A stretch of 53,425 nt of DNA, counting the filler, from Catajapyx aquilonaris (lineage: Eukaryota): NCBI GenBank assembly GCA_000934665.2. It is 2 parts of 2 records of this genome, joined end to end, with 100 filler letters (N's around TTAATTAATTAA, not from the genome) between each part and the next. Parts side by side here need not be neighbours in the genome. Positions count along the whole stretch, not along the records: positions 1 to 26,672 come from JYFJ02005174.1; 1 more part is not named here. One strand, written 5' to 3'. The translations under genes were made by a program, and so were the position numbers. Below the pieces are notes generated by a model. That model worked only from the letters and a program-made list of their open reading frames with translations. It searched no databases and was not told where the DNA came from. Positions within the stretch are counted from its first letter, which is position 1. Each line of letters starts with the position of its first letter. Below, in pieces: positions 11,969-24,381 of the stretch.

Positions 11969-14085
11969 TTAGGCCTGGTCTTCTGCCTTGGTGGTACGTG
12001 TGTAAATGAGCTGAGCATGGTGCTTGACCACTTGCTTGATGAGGCCCTTCTGCTGAAGCTCTTGAAGGGCACGCTTGGCAAGGGATCCTCGGACCTTCAA
12101 CCTTTCACTCACTATTGATGGTGTGATCAGCTTGTAGGCAGGAACCTCCTTGAGGAGCTTGTCGTATGTCGCCTTATCAAACAAGACCATGTTGTTCAGC
12201 TTGTCCCTGACCTTTCCCTTGGACCACTTCTGCAAAGAACAGGTGTGTATGAGTACAAGGCACCATCAATAGGTCATATTACATTCAGCTCTTAAACATG
12301 TCAAACCCTACAAGCACTCACATTTTATTGGCAGAGTAACATAGCATGTAATCTAACAAAACAATGCAAAACCTGAAACATGCCATGGTGGAAAAAGGAC
12401 ATCAAAATCCTCTTCTAAGTTCACTCAATCCAACATGAAAAATTGTAAATATGTAACATTCTGACCCTTGTATCTTAGGGTGGCACATGGTTTTGTAATA
12501 ATTATACTTCATATTGGAGGTCCAATGAATACAAAAAAAGAAATGTGTGTTACGAGAAAAACCACATACTCGACATAGGGACATTTTCGGGGAGAAAAAT
12601 CTAACTGAAGTGGTATTTGAAGCTGATTCACACATTGCTTTTCTGTTCAGAAACCACAGGATTTCTCTGGGTCCTGAAGCACTTTGTGTTGGTGTATCTG
12701 TGAGGTGGTGTTGTGGTTGCACCAGTTCTGTCCGTCTCATGGCCCTGCCAAGCAAGGTCCATGGCATTGCCTGATGATTTTAGTCAGAAGCAAGCCTGTC
12801 CTTGGTCTGCGGTGCACAAGGTGGACAGTAATGTTGTGCAAAGAAACCCGAGTTAAGGACCACCTTGCTATGCTCGCATTTAACTAAAATCATATAGCAA
12901 TGTAATTGACACCCAGAAAATCGAAGGTGGCGCCATTGGCGCCCACATTCATAAGTTTTTGAGTGATTCGGCCCTCTCCGGCCGTATACCAGCACGTAGT
13001 TCAAGCCGCGTTAAAAGAGCAAAATCTTGGCCCAGAAGTGCGATTTTTTAAATGTTACTGCGCCCCTTGACCTCCGGAAAACGACTCTTATGAAAGGAAA
13101 AGATATTTTGAAGAGTGGGCATGTGCAAAGGGTGAAATAAGTGGGTTAAGATAATCCTGCCCTTCAAATTGACCCGCTTTTGGGGAGGACCCGGCCCGGG
13201 GCAGCCCACCGCTGGAGGGACTTGTGAGTGCTCATCAACATCTCTCATGAAGCAAACTTGATTATTTTCACTGCCTGAATCCAATAGCCGCGCTACTCCT
13301 TTTCTCAGGGCTTTCCTGGAAGCGTGAAGTGTGTAGACTGTAGAGCATAGTTCCAGGCACACCTCAGTATGACTGGTGGCACCTGGCCATGCAACAATTC
13401 GTATTAGACTTTTTCCGAGCGTCGTTTCCTCATTGCCTGGCATAGCCAACAGCCATTCCAGCACTCAAGAACTTACAATGCCTACTGCTAGGTGGAGATA
13501 CCTCCGCGTTTTCTGGGTGTCAATAGACCTTGCCTGGCATGGCCACAAGATGGACATTACTGTGCAGTCATGCCATTGTCACACAGATACACCAACATAG
13601 TGGGTCAGTCGTGGTCAGCTAACCAAACACATTTATGCAATAAAATAACAAGCAGGTGACACACTTCGTTTTCCATAAACTATGAGTGGTACAACCTGGC
13701 CTAAAACAATTAACCTCTAGGTCAGCAAGTGTCAAGTGTGGAATGAAGAAATCCTTACCTTCTTCTTGGCCTTTCCTCCGCCTCCCCCTTCCTTTTTCTT
13801 GGGGGCCTTCTGCACCTGCTTACCACCTCCCTTCTGGTCCTTCTTCGGCGCCTGAAACGAAACACATCAGGCTGAGCAAGTTCCATTTCTGGCCAACAAC
13901 CGCCCAAAATGGCCGTCTTGTGCACCGTCGCAAGAAGGCCAAACACCGGCCCCTCACCCTGCCCACCCGATGGGCACGAGCCCTCTGAGCGAGAGCGTGC
14001 TCAGAGTTGGCATCCCGCGCGGTGCACTGGACCCGTGGGGTATCCCGAACAGGGCAATATTAGGAAGAGAGAGCAAACTCACCAT
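11969..14085 (-). CDS. RPS25: 40S ribosomal protein S25, 3 coding exons, 118 aa
   Basis: ATG|GTGAGT at 14085-14083. Exon 13851-13759 ([31 protein letters not shown]). Exon 12229-11969 ([25 protein letters not shown]...LIYTR). AATAAA on minus at ~11954-11960. Confidence 0.97.
12684..13600. mobile_element. Nested inverted-repeat TE remnants in RPS25 intron 2
   Basis: Outer inverted pair 12684-12755 / 13530-13600 is homologous to the end of the 312-bp repeat unit at 21.5 kb (CCACAAGA(C/T)GGACA..CACAGATACACCAACA). Inner pair ATTGACACCCAGAAAA (12905) / TTTTCTGGGTGTCAAT (13509). Confidence 0.5.
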
Positions 14086-14089
14086 GCTG

Positions 14090-14460
14090 CTAGCGGTGAA
14101 GCTCCTGCACGCCGATTCAGCCTACCGGAAGTGAGGCACAGGGAGGCAAGTTTCGCGTCACGTCCACAAATCACGGCTACTCACAAATCGCTGCTACCCG
14201 AGACAACCACACTGGTACTCCCCAGCTTTTTGCAATAACGCTCAGTCCCTACACAGCTAACCAGAAGTGACGTCATCAACTCACGCTGGCATAAAGAGTA
14301 CTCAGGCCACTCAGGCGCACAGATTTACCACATATGCACTTCGGTGCTACAGAAACACATGTAATGCAATAATTAAGACCCAATTGTGTGTTCGTATTAG
14401 TAAATGAATGTCCATCCTCGAGGTTAACATGTACTTGGGGAATGTTGCCACGTCAGGTGC
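14090..14460. promoter_or_regulatory. Probable bidirectional promoter between RPS25 and ZnT7
   Basis: Head-to-head genes in a CpG-rich region. CCGGAAGT (ETS-type) 14125-14132 inside a pyrimidine-rich RPS25 leader, CRE TGACGTCA 14268-14275, CCACGTCA 14448-14455. Confidence 0.55.
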
Positions 14461-15549
14461 GGTTAACTTCAGCCTGATCCTGGGCAGCTGGATGGGCTGG
14501 GGTGCGGCTGCATTGAGGTGGAAAGATTTCTCCTCGGAGGGAAGCTGTGCAGGTGGTCCCAGCATCGGAGGCAGCAGCAGAAAAGAGCGGGGGTGGGATT
14601 GGCTGCTGTGGGGTTGGCTGCCTGGGAGGGGACCAGAGGGAGACAGATTGATATAAAAAAACAGGTTGTGGTTGTGGCAGCAGTACCACCAGCAGCTGGG
14701 GGGTCCGTCCTCGAAAGACTCAGCGCCGGTTGTGCACCTTGCATCCTTCCGACAGAAGGACATGCCTCACTCCCTTTTAATCATTGGCAGCAGGTCAGTT
14801 GGGTGGCGATCATCTCTCTGTGCTTCTGCTCTTCATGTGGCAGGGCAGCAGTCACTCTGATTTGATGCTGCCAACACTTGCCAAAACATGTTTTCCACTT
14901 GGATATCATGTCCTTGGGTGGAAACTATCATATATGTACCTGCCATTTGTTATGCACAGACTGGTGTAACATCTTGTGCAACTAATGCCTGTGCATGTGT
15001 TTTAAACATATGGTCGTACAAGCTCTACTGGAGCCTGCACCTGTTCAGATTTTGTAATTGGTGTCATGTGTCCATGCAGCTTGTTGCAATACAATATTTG
15101 GATAAAAGAAACTTTCCTGCACAGTTCATTAAAATGATATACAAATGATCAAAAGAGCATAGTTAACCTTACTGTACTTTGAAAATAAATTTCCATATGA
15201 TTATTGACATTCTTAGGGCAGGGGGTACCAAACCTTATGAAACTTGTCTGCCTGGATGTGGTCATATTTATTTTATTGACACGTCCCTAGCCTACACTTG
15301 TCCGTAACTTCAGTATTATTACTATTGCAATTGGCACACAAAGTAGTGAACATTGTCAAAGTTAGTGTACCATAATTAGTTTTCTCATAGGAACAGGTTC
15401 TTAGTGATATCTCCTCATGTTTGGATTACACTGCGAAACTGATCCCGAGTCCTAATCAATATGCCATCTTACCTTCCCAGATGGTGATAACTTTTCCAGA
15501 AACTATGCCTGCACAGCAGCACTTGTAACTGAGGAAAAGACAAATCACA

Positions 15550-16863
15550 ATGCTTCCACTAAGCCATAAGGACCAATGCCCCCCACCCACTCGCCTGTGG
15601 GCCAGATTGGGCGAGAAGCTTGCTGGATGGCTCCGACTGGTGTTGTCCGACCACAACTCTCGCAACCTCTTCCTTTTCCTCCTGCTCAATCTGAGCTTTG
15701 CCTTTGTGGAGCTGCTGTATGGTGTGTGGACCAACAGCCTTGGTCTCATATCAGACTCCTTCCACATGTTCTTTGACTGCACAGGCCTCTTGGCAGGGGT
15801 GATAGCCGCAGTCATCACCAAGTGGAGGGCCAATGACCGATACTCTTATGGTTATGTGAGGGCAGAAGTGTTAGCTGGGTTCACCAATGGACTCTTTCTT
15901 CTTTTTATTGCCTTCTTCATCTTCTCGGAAGCAGTTGAGCGGGCCATTGAACCACCAGAAGTCAAGCATGAACGGCTGTTTGTTGTGTCTGTATTGGGCC
16001 TTCTTGTCAACCTGGTGGGGATCTATGCCTTCCATCATGGACACGGTAAGAATGCAGTGTGGTTCTTAAAACATCTCACAGCCATTTAGTTAATCATGAT
16101 GAACACTCTACATTTGTTTGTTGTTCACTATGGATTGAACTTTGCATGTGAACTTGGTGAAAATTTTACTGTTTAAAAAATCCAAGTACGGCAATCGTTT
16201 GCATGCAATTTTCAGCAACAAGTTTAATTGTACACAATAATAAGTCATAATTCAACTTGTGTATGTTTTTAAAGACGTGCTCAATAATTTTTGCTGCCTA
16301 TTCTAGGACATGGACATTCCCACGGTGGTGGTAGCAGCAGCCACGGCCACACTCATAACCACAACCATAACCATGCCCATGGGCACAGCCACCATTCCGA
16401 AGAGACAATGGAAGGATCTAGTTCCCAGATAATGCAGGGTGTGTTTCTACACATCCTAGCTGATACTTTGGGCTCAGTAGGTGTAATAGTGTCAGCCATC
16501 TTGATGCAGGCATTTGGATGGATGATAGCAGATCCAATTTGTTCCATGTTTATTTCCACGTTGATTGCCATCTCAGTCCTCTCCCTGGTCAAAGACTCAG
16601 TCTTGATTCTAATGCAACGACAACCCAAGGCGCTAGATACTGCCCTACCCCAGTGCTACCAGAAGGTAATGTCACTGGAGGGTGTGTATAGCGTGCAGGA
16701 ACCCCACTTCTGGACTCTCTGCTCTGATGTGTATGTGGGCGCCCTCAAACTAGAGGTTGCCCCTGATGCAGATACACGCTACATTGTGAGCCACACACAC
16801 CTTATATTTTCTTCGGTTGGGGTCAGACAACTGTATGTGCAAGTTGACTTTCCTCCCATCTGA
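15550..16863 (+). CDS. SLC30A7: Zinc transporter ZnT7 (SLC30A7, CDF family), 2 coding exons, ~350 aa
   Basis: Exons 15550-16045 and 16307-16863 (CAC G|GTAAG ... TAG|GA CAT). MLPLS start, SRNLFLFLLLNLSFAFVELLYG, LISDSFHMFFD, YGYVRAEVLAGF, His-rich loop, FLHILADTLGSVGVI, EPHFWTLCSD. Confidence 0.95.
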
Positions 16864-17490
16864 CCCCTGGCTCTCAATAGCAACTTGCCGTCACCCTCTC
16901 CGTCTGTCTCATCTGTTGGTGCAATCATCACACCCCCACCCACCTACTACACTCGACCCATTCCGGTACCACAGCGTAGAACACAGTCGCAGAGGGACAG
17001 CAGCAGTAGTGGGAGTAGCAGGGGGATGGGAGGTGGCGAAGCTTCTGTGAGGAACTGCAGGCATTATTCGGTCAACAACAACAACCATCGCGCCAGTGGG
17101 CGATCACGCAACAGTGGCCCCACCAGGAAAGGGTCTGTCACCTGCCCTGGAACCAAAGGGCTTCAGAGGTTTCCAATGTAACGTAACATGCAAAAGAGTG
17201 CTTAAAGAGTGGGAAACATTATCCACATGGGGACTGAACTAATGTTAACATATGTTTGTGCTTCCAAGGTAGCAACTTGAGCAACTTAGAGATTGCAATC
17301 GTGTTGGTGCTGTAAACTGTGAAGCCTTGTTGCCTCGAATCCATTTGTCTACCTCTGTATGTTGTATCACTCACAGCTGTCTTTGAGAGAATTGAGGAAA
17401 TAATTATTCCCTTCTTGCCCATTTATTGAATAATAAATTAGAGCATGCAATAACCCTCTTGTGACAATTAGCAACCCTTATCACCATTGG

Positions 17491-17569
17491 GCGGAATTTT
17501 CGTCATACTACTAGTTACGTACTTCTAACTTAGCAGTACCAGTAACTAGTAATATGACGAAAATTACCG
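17491..17569. repeat. Short palindrome (MITE-like) downstream of ZnT7
   Basis: CGGAATTTTCGTCATACTACTAGTTAC...GTAACTAGTAATATGACGAAAATTACCG. Confidence 0.55.
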
Positions 17570-17652
17570 AGTTCACTTGCAAAACCCGGGGATTTTTACA
17601 CCCTGCACAGAAGTTATGATATCCATATACATACTTTGTCATGTAGTCGATG

Positions 17653-17823
17653 GACGTCTGAGAATGCTCTTCTGGAACCTCCCACTTTTCAAATTACCGT
17701 GATGATTCCCTCATAGTGCAACAAAAGGATTAAACAGTGTTCTTTTGTTGACACTGTTTACTTCTTTTGGTGCGTGGGGGCATCTTGAAGAGTGGGAGGT
17801 TCCGGAAGTGAATTCTCAGATGT
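17653..17823. mobile_element. MITE-like inverted repeat
   Basis: ACGTCTGAGAATGCTCTTCTGGAACCTCCCACTTTTCAA ... TTGAAGAGTGGGAGGTTCCGGAAGTGAATTCTCAGATGT. Confidence 0.5.
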
Positions 17824-19213
17824 ATGTTAAATATAATCAGATCAATTCATTATCTTTTAAAAGGGACTTACTTGAGTTTAATATCCTTAATACTGATACT
17901 CTGATTAGTTTGAAATCACATCACCTTGTTGTCTTTGTAAGAGTGACTTGCCTATAAGTGACAATAATGGTGATGAAACATTTCACTTAAAATAATAATT
18001 GTAAATGTAGTTCACTTATTTACATGTGATGCCAATGTTGTTCATATGCCATTGTATGCCAAAATATTAATTTTCCTTGCAATTTATGTACAATACCTCT
18101 TGTCTCCAACCGAATTATCAGGCATGTGCAATTATGCATACAGTGCAATGTGAAATAATACTTAAAGCCACAGCCAATGCCACCTCTGGGTCCCTAGTTC
18201 TATCCCTGGGATTTCCTTGTGCAGGAGGGGTTATTTATGTACCCAATTTGGGTTTTCCCTGATGGGGTTGGGTGGGAAGAGTTTTGATAGGCTCTCTTAG
18301 TGTTCAGATGGGCCAGTGACTGGATTGTGAACAAGGAATGGGGAAATTGGAAGGGGTGATATTATATTTTCTTTAAGTGCAATCCTTCAAATTTTCAAGC
18401 AAAATTACTGGGACATTAACAAGCATAAAAGAATGGAATTCACATGAATGGAGAGGAAGACCAAACAATAATAACAATTTGAGATAACAAGCTTTCACTA
18501 ACACATGATGGTTGTGTTTGTGTTAAAATTATTTATGCAGAAGATGCCAGTGTGTTATTACCTTGGAAGTGCAAGTGCTATAAAGTTGCAATGAGTACAC
18601 AATTTTACAGAGAAAGAAGTCTTCCTTCCTTGACTTTTTGTAGGTTCTTACCTAGACATTCCAACAACTCTCAGTGTACCCCCCTTTCCAAAATATGCGT
18701 GTTACTGTATGTTAACAGATACCTTGGCGAGGACCAGTAGTTGATTGGATATCTTCAGGAATGATGAGGTGATAGCATAATAATAAAAGTATTCAGACCT
18801 CCCTTCCCATCCTCTTGCCTTATGAAATCAGCATGCTTTTGTACATTTTTCTAATCATTCCAACTGGGTGCTGCCTCTTTTTCCTTTTTTACATGTTCTT
18901 ATGCTCCTCCTGGTATATACAGTACTTTTTCATGACTGTGATCTGCATGGTGCCGTCAAATATTGTACATGTAAACACGGTTGTAAAGGACTCGAAACAA
19001 TTCCTCAAGTTATGTCTTCTCATTTCAAATGCCTCCAGCTCCACCCAAATGTGATACAGAGACATTTTGTGTGCATTCAGAGAACACAATGAATGCCCCT
19101 TAATTATTGATACATTATTTAAGTGTCACTCATATTTGAAATATTCAGATATCAATTTGTAATAATAATTAATGTATTCTTGTAAACCCTTCACTCCTTT
19201 GTGCAAATTATAA

Positions 19214-19371
19214 AGGTGTGTTACATGTGAGCGATTTGACAAGCGAAATCTTTGCCAAGGCTAAAATTAACAATCGATTTTCGCCTCAAACAATATTGGT
19301 TAAGTACTTGGGTTACATAGCCTCTGAGGTGAAGATTTCGCTCATCAAATCGCTAACATGTAAACACACCT
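19214..19371. mobile_element. PIF/Harbinger (Tourist-like) MITE
   Basis: TAA|AGGTGTGTTACATGTGAGCGATTTGA ... TCAAATCGCTAACATGTAAACACACCT|TAA, 3-bp TAA duplication. Confidence 0.65.
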
Positions 19372-20659
19372 TAATGCACATTAGGGAAAATTGTTGCCAC
19401 AAAATGTACATGTTAAATTTAATTTTTGCTAACTTAATAACTTAATGATATGGAATGAGCCAGGCATGTCACTTTTTGCTGGCCCACATAAAGCAGTAAA
19501 ACCCCGAGACAAAACATCTATTGTAGCCTTGAAGGATCAAGAATGAATAATTGTCATACCTTTCTTTCATGCTATCAAGAAACATGTTGCGCCATAATTT
19601 ATTACTCATTGTTACTTGTATGCTAGAGTTGATATGGCACTAAAGTGCCGATATCTGCAAGGCAAACCAAGCTTTTCCGCTCCCTACATGTGGAATGTTA
19701 CATTTTATGACAAAGCAAGACTTCTGCCTCAATTTTTGCACCTTGGCAATAGGGCAATATGTAAGGAAATTACCACAATGATGCTCCAATTTTTAAAATG
19801 CAGTTAGCCCACAACCATAAAGGCAAAAATCTAACATATCTCATTTCCACTTGGCCCTGTCGCCTTCAGGTATGAGTGGAATCATTCGTAGTACCTTGTA
19901 GAGGACATTTTTATGGTTCTTAGGATGATGTATCTCATGGCCAAAACTGTAGTTGAGGCTGCAGGAGCATGTGAAAATGAACATCTGCAGTTTTTTTTAC
20001 TAATGTGGATGGCAGTTAACTTATGGAGCATGCTGTATATTGGCAAACATTAAATGGTGAGCTAGAAGGGAGCATCATAATTAACCAAATGTTACCTGCC
20101 AAACAATATTTAAACCAGGATCTTATTTTGGGTATACAGGAGAAATCCATTAAGTACAAAAAACCAGTTTTGAGATAATCCACCGCAAAGATTTGACATC
20201 GCACTCGCTTACATCCTTATAGCATAAACGAGAGTGGATGTAAGTATATATAATTATCATGCCTACTTGTCCCACTTCCTGGGTACCGAGAGCACTGAAA
20301 TTTTCCACACCCATGTCTTATGCTTCCCTGAGTCCAGGAAAAGTCCAAAATCCGCAATTCCGCGTTTTTCCGTTTCCATATTGTTGACAACAACATGACA
20401 GTTGCATAGTAATAGATGTACGGTAAATAACATGTTCTGAAAGTGTTCAAGCGATTGAAGGACGCCGTTTTCCTTCACTGGTCATATTCCAGTAGAACCA
20501 GCCCAAATGCATTGGGGGCTGAGAATACAACACTGGCCATCCTGTCAGCCCCACCAGCAGCAAACCTGTGCTTCGCGAGGGTCTTCCCGGGTCTTCCACT
20601 ACAATTGCAGAAGGAAATGGTGTCGGTCGTGCAGTACTTCCTGCAGTACAGGTAGTACC

Positions 20660-22120
20660 TGTTTTACGCCGTTAATTGGTTCCAGCAAAATGCGGTGGAA
20701 AGTGAAACGGTAAGGGTGCAGTTTAGAGCCGCAAAAGTCTTCCAGGTTTCTATATATTTTCTGAATCTACTTCATGAGATGAGTCGAATGACACTATTCC
20801 TAGTGTGCGGAAATGCTTGGTGCAAGAGTAATTGAATTTTGAAATTGCAAGTAATAACAATGAATAAATGAAAATAAACAAGTGTTCCTTTGTTGAAACA
20901 GTTTACTCCCATTGTTGAGTGAATGAATAATTATCCATGGTAATTTTAAACGTAGTTTGGGGGTTGTGTGTTCTCAGAAATACTGTCCGCCTTGTGATGG
21001 CGTAGATGTTGGTGTTGCGGATGTGGATGTGGCAAAGCCACAATAACGTTCGTTGGCCTGCGGCACCACAAGACGGACAGTAAATGTTGCGGATACAGAA
21101 ACCCACAATAAGCGCCCAGCTCCGCTATCGCTCCGCAAAAACTAAAAATATCACGCACAGGCGACGTACCGTGCCTGGCGGGGCCACAAGACGGACAGTA
21201 CTGGTTGCGGTCACTCCAACGCCTCACAGATAACACCAACACAATAAGCGGTGGAATATAAACGTAATTTGGGGGTTGTATGTTCTAGCATCACTGTCTG
21301 CATTGTGGCGGCGTAGATGTGGGTGTTGCGTGATGTGGGTGTGGCAAAGCCACAATAACGTTCGTTGGCCTGCGGCGCCACAAGACGGACAGTAAATGTT
21401 GCGGATACAGAAACCCACAATAAGCGCCCAGCTCCGCTGTCGCTCCGCAAAAACTAAAAATATCACGCACAGGCGACGTACCGTGCCTGGCAGGGCCACA
21501 AGACGGACAGTACTGGTGCGGTCACACCTATACCTCACAGATAACACCAACACAATCAGAGTGGGGCATGCCTTGAGTAAAAGCTTAGGATTCCTTTTAC
21601 GGCAACACTTGTTGGCGGGCAAGAGGCCTCGAGCAGTGGCCCAGGAGATACCAAGCAACCAACAAGCAACCTCCCTCATTATTTCCAGGAAGGCTTGCCC
21701 AATAAATTATTCCTGATAAGCACCGATGCAATGCCTCGGCCATGGACGCTCCTGAATGATGTTAAATTAAACTCCTACACTCTCGTTCTATGTCCAACGA
21801 ACCAAGAACAACCGTTTATTTACATCATTCAGCATCACTCACAGCACGTTTCCATGAAATCTCTCACGTTTCCACGGAGAATCACCTGACCGCAACAATG
21901 GGAGTGAAGAGTCTCAACAAAGGAACACTTGTTTACTTTCATTTTACTCATTGTTATTACATGCAATTTCAAAATTCAATTACTCTTGAACCAAACATTT
22001 CCGCATACTAGGAATAGTGTCATTCGACTCAGCTCATCGAGTAGATTCAGAAAATGTATAGAAACCTGCAAGATTTTTGCGGCTCTAAACTGCACCCAAG
22101 CCAGTGAAACGGCGTAAAAT
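20660..22120. mobile_element. Large inverted-repeat element (~200-bp arms) enclosing a tandem repeat
   Basis: Arm 20718-20916 (GGGTGCAGTTTAGAGCCGCAAAA...ACTCCCATTGTT) is the reverse complement of 21894-22098. TTTTACGCCGTT / AACGGCGTAAAA lie further out. Confidence 0.65.
20947..21556. repeat. Two-copy tandem repeat, unit ~312 bp
   Basis: TAAACGTA(G/A)TTTGGGGGTTG...CCTCACAGATAACACCAACACAAT starting at 20947 and 21259, high identity. Confidence 0.85.
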
Positions 22121-22408
22121 GAGACAATATTATAATATGGACTAGAAAAACCCTCGCTTCGCTCACACTTTTCTATGACGCAGGCCAAGAAAACCACTCA
22201 CTTCACTCGTATGGAAGTACATGAGATAGGTTCCAAAAAATTTCCTCAGACAGTACTTAATTTTTAACAATACGGTACAACTGTCTTCATCAATAGACCC
22301 CGCCACAAGGCACCACAAAAAACAAAAGAGCCTTTACCGTCGTGTGTTTGGACCCAGAAGTGTTGCAGTGATGTGTTTATGATCAGATTGTATTGTTATC
22401 GTCAAATT

Positions 22409-22712
22409 GCGGGGTGACACGGTGGCGGAGTGGTTAGCGCCGTAGCCTTCCACCATTAAGGTCCCGAGTTCGATCCCTACATTGGACAGAGGATACTTAT
22501 GTGGATAGAGTTTCGATGGGTTCTGTCCTTGTTTGCGTGGGTTTTCTCGGGGCTCTCCCATTTCCTCCCACTTTCAAAATCCATCACAGCAAAAAGGCAA
22601 TGATCAAAGTCGGTTAATTAAAAAGATGATCCCCTAAAATGCCCAAGGAGGCTCATCACGCCCCGTATACATTATTATTATTATTATTAATTATTATTAT
22701 TATTATTATATT
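22409..22712 (+). mobile_element. tRNA-derived SINE with V-domain-like core and (ATT)n tail
   Basis: A box TGGCGGAGTGG, B box AGTTCGATCCC, core GTTTGCGTGGGTTTTCTCGGGGCTCTCCCATTTCCTCCCAC, (ATT)n tail, 13-bp TSD TTATCG(T/A)CAAATT at 22396-22408 / 22713-22725. Confidence 0.85.
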
Positions 22713-24381
22713 TTATCGACAAATTTTTAACAATTTTTCATTTGAAATTTTAAAAAATGTCATTTTCAAATCTCTGTTAATATGAAACAGGTAGTTACTG
22801 TACTAAATTAGTAGGTCATTATCACAACCAGTCTATCTTCGAAAATATCGAAAAATTAGTTAGCAACGGAATTGGATAGTCCAGGCTAAATACCATCATT
22901 CCACATAAGTGCGATTTTAATTGTCTGCCTATTTATAAATGCGAAATTTGTATGGACATAGCAAAATCACTCAGAGTGTCTGACCCTGCCTTAAGTAACT
23001 TCTGAAAACCAGTTGATTGAAAGATAAATTAGATAGTTATATGGAAATAAACCAATAATGTAATGAAGACGACTTTGGACGACAAATTATCCCTTTTCAT
23101 ACCATAACGACTTTCATTATAAGCGTCACTTATGCTATTAAAATTTGCGTTTTGTACAGCTTTTCGTATTGACCTGCATTATCAGCCTGGCTTGAACAAA
23201 GTATATGAAATCATCCTTGGCAGTTTCAAAACCAAGGTATCGTAATATATTTTCAATTTATCATTGTGATTTTGTTTATACAGTATATCATGATTTCCAT
23301 GCTCTGGATTAGGAGACATGGCAGAACATATAAATATAATGAACATGTTACTTTTACCCTGGGCAGTAAAAAAACCCGCAAAATCATAAATTAGCGTTTC
23401 CTGGAAATTTGGTTCTGAAATAGGTAGCCTGGTTTTGATACTGCCCTACTGACTTATTGCAGTATGATTTACTAAAATCTGTATTTACGAATGGGCTCCC
23501 AAGGCTCCCCATAAGGATATTTGATATATTATCCCCCTGCTTTCAATCACTTCTGCATACGTACATTGACTGACACCAAGTTCAACATAATTATGTAGGT
23601 TACCCGACACTACACATGAGCTTGCTGCTTTAAATTAATAAATAGCATATTTTCAAAATCTGTGTATGTAAGACAAAGTTTCTTTATTTTTTTGGTTGCC
23701 TATGGCAACAGGATTTTGTTGGTATGATTACCATGAAAATAGGCTGTGCGAAGAAACAGGATCCGCGGCATGCTAGTGGTAAATAAGACCAAGTCATGGC
23801 TGGCTGGCTCATTATCAATCCTTAAGACTAAATGGACTTTACCAGTTGATAGGGAAGAAAAATTCTATTAATGGTATAAATAACTCGATACTACCGCATT
23901 TGGACTTCATGGATTTCTCCTGTATGTTGACAATATAACCCCAAAAGAAGGCAGTAGAAGATCTGGGTTTGTTTTCGATTCAAAATGCAGAAGTAGGGCC
24001 CCTTCTGCAGGTACAGGTACAGTACAGTCTTGATTATCCAGACTAACAAGGTGTGTTCTGATAACAAAAAATGTGGATGACACAAAAACCAGGCATGGAA
24101 GGGAAATGCAACTTAAATATATCATCATATTTATTTATCTGAACAGGGGCTACGTCCCCAACATCAGTGCTTATCTGTGTGACTGATTGACAGATAGAAC
24201 ACATAATTATGAGAGTTGGGAAAAAGCTACAGTTTGTGATTATGGCACAACTCGAAGTAGCAGTGAATAACTACTTCTCTATACAGTATAATATGGAAGT
24301 CCAGATAATTGAGACTTTATTGTACCTTCTTCTATGCCTTCATGATGTTACTTGGATCCTGATATTGAGATGATACATATC

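Noticed and set aside
12230..13758. Intronic snoRNA in RPS25
   Set aside because: No convincing paired C/D or H/ACA boxes found by eye. Needs an Infernal/Rfam search.
17491..17569. SECIS element recoding the ZnT7 UGA as selenocysteine
   Set aside because: A near-perfect palindrome lacking the AUGA/GA quartet geometry, and ZnT7 homology ends at this stop.
22409..22480. Functional tRNA genes here and at ~33860, ~37045, ~38390
   Set aside because: No complete cloverleaf. Three are followed by SINE bodies, tails and TSDs, and the ~33860 one is only a degraded head.
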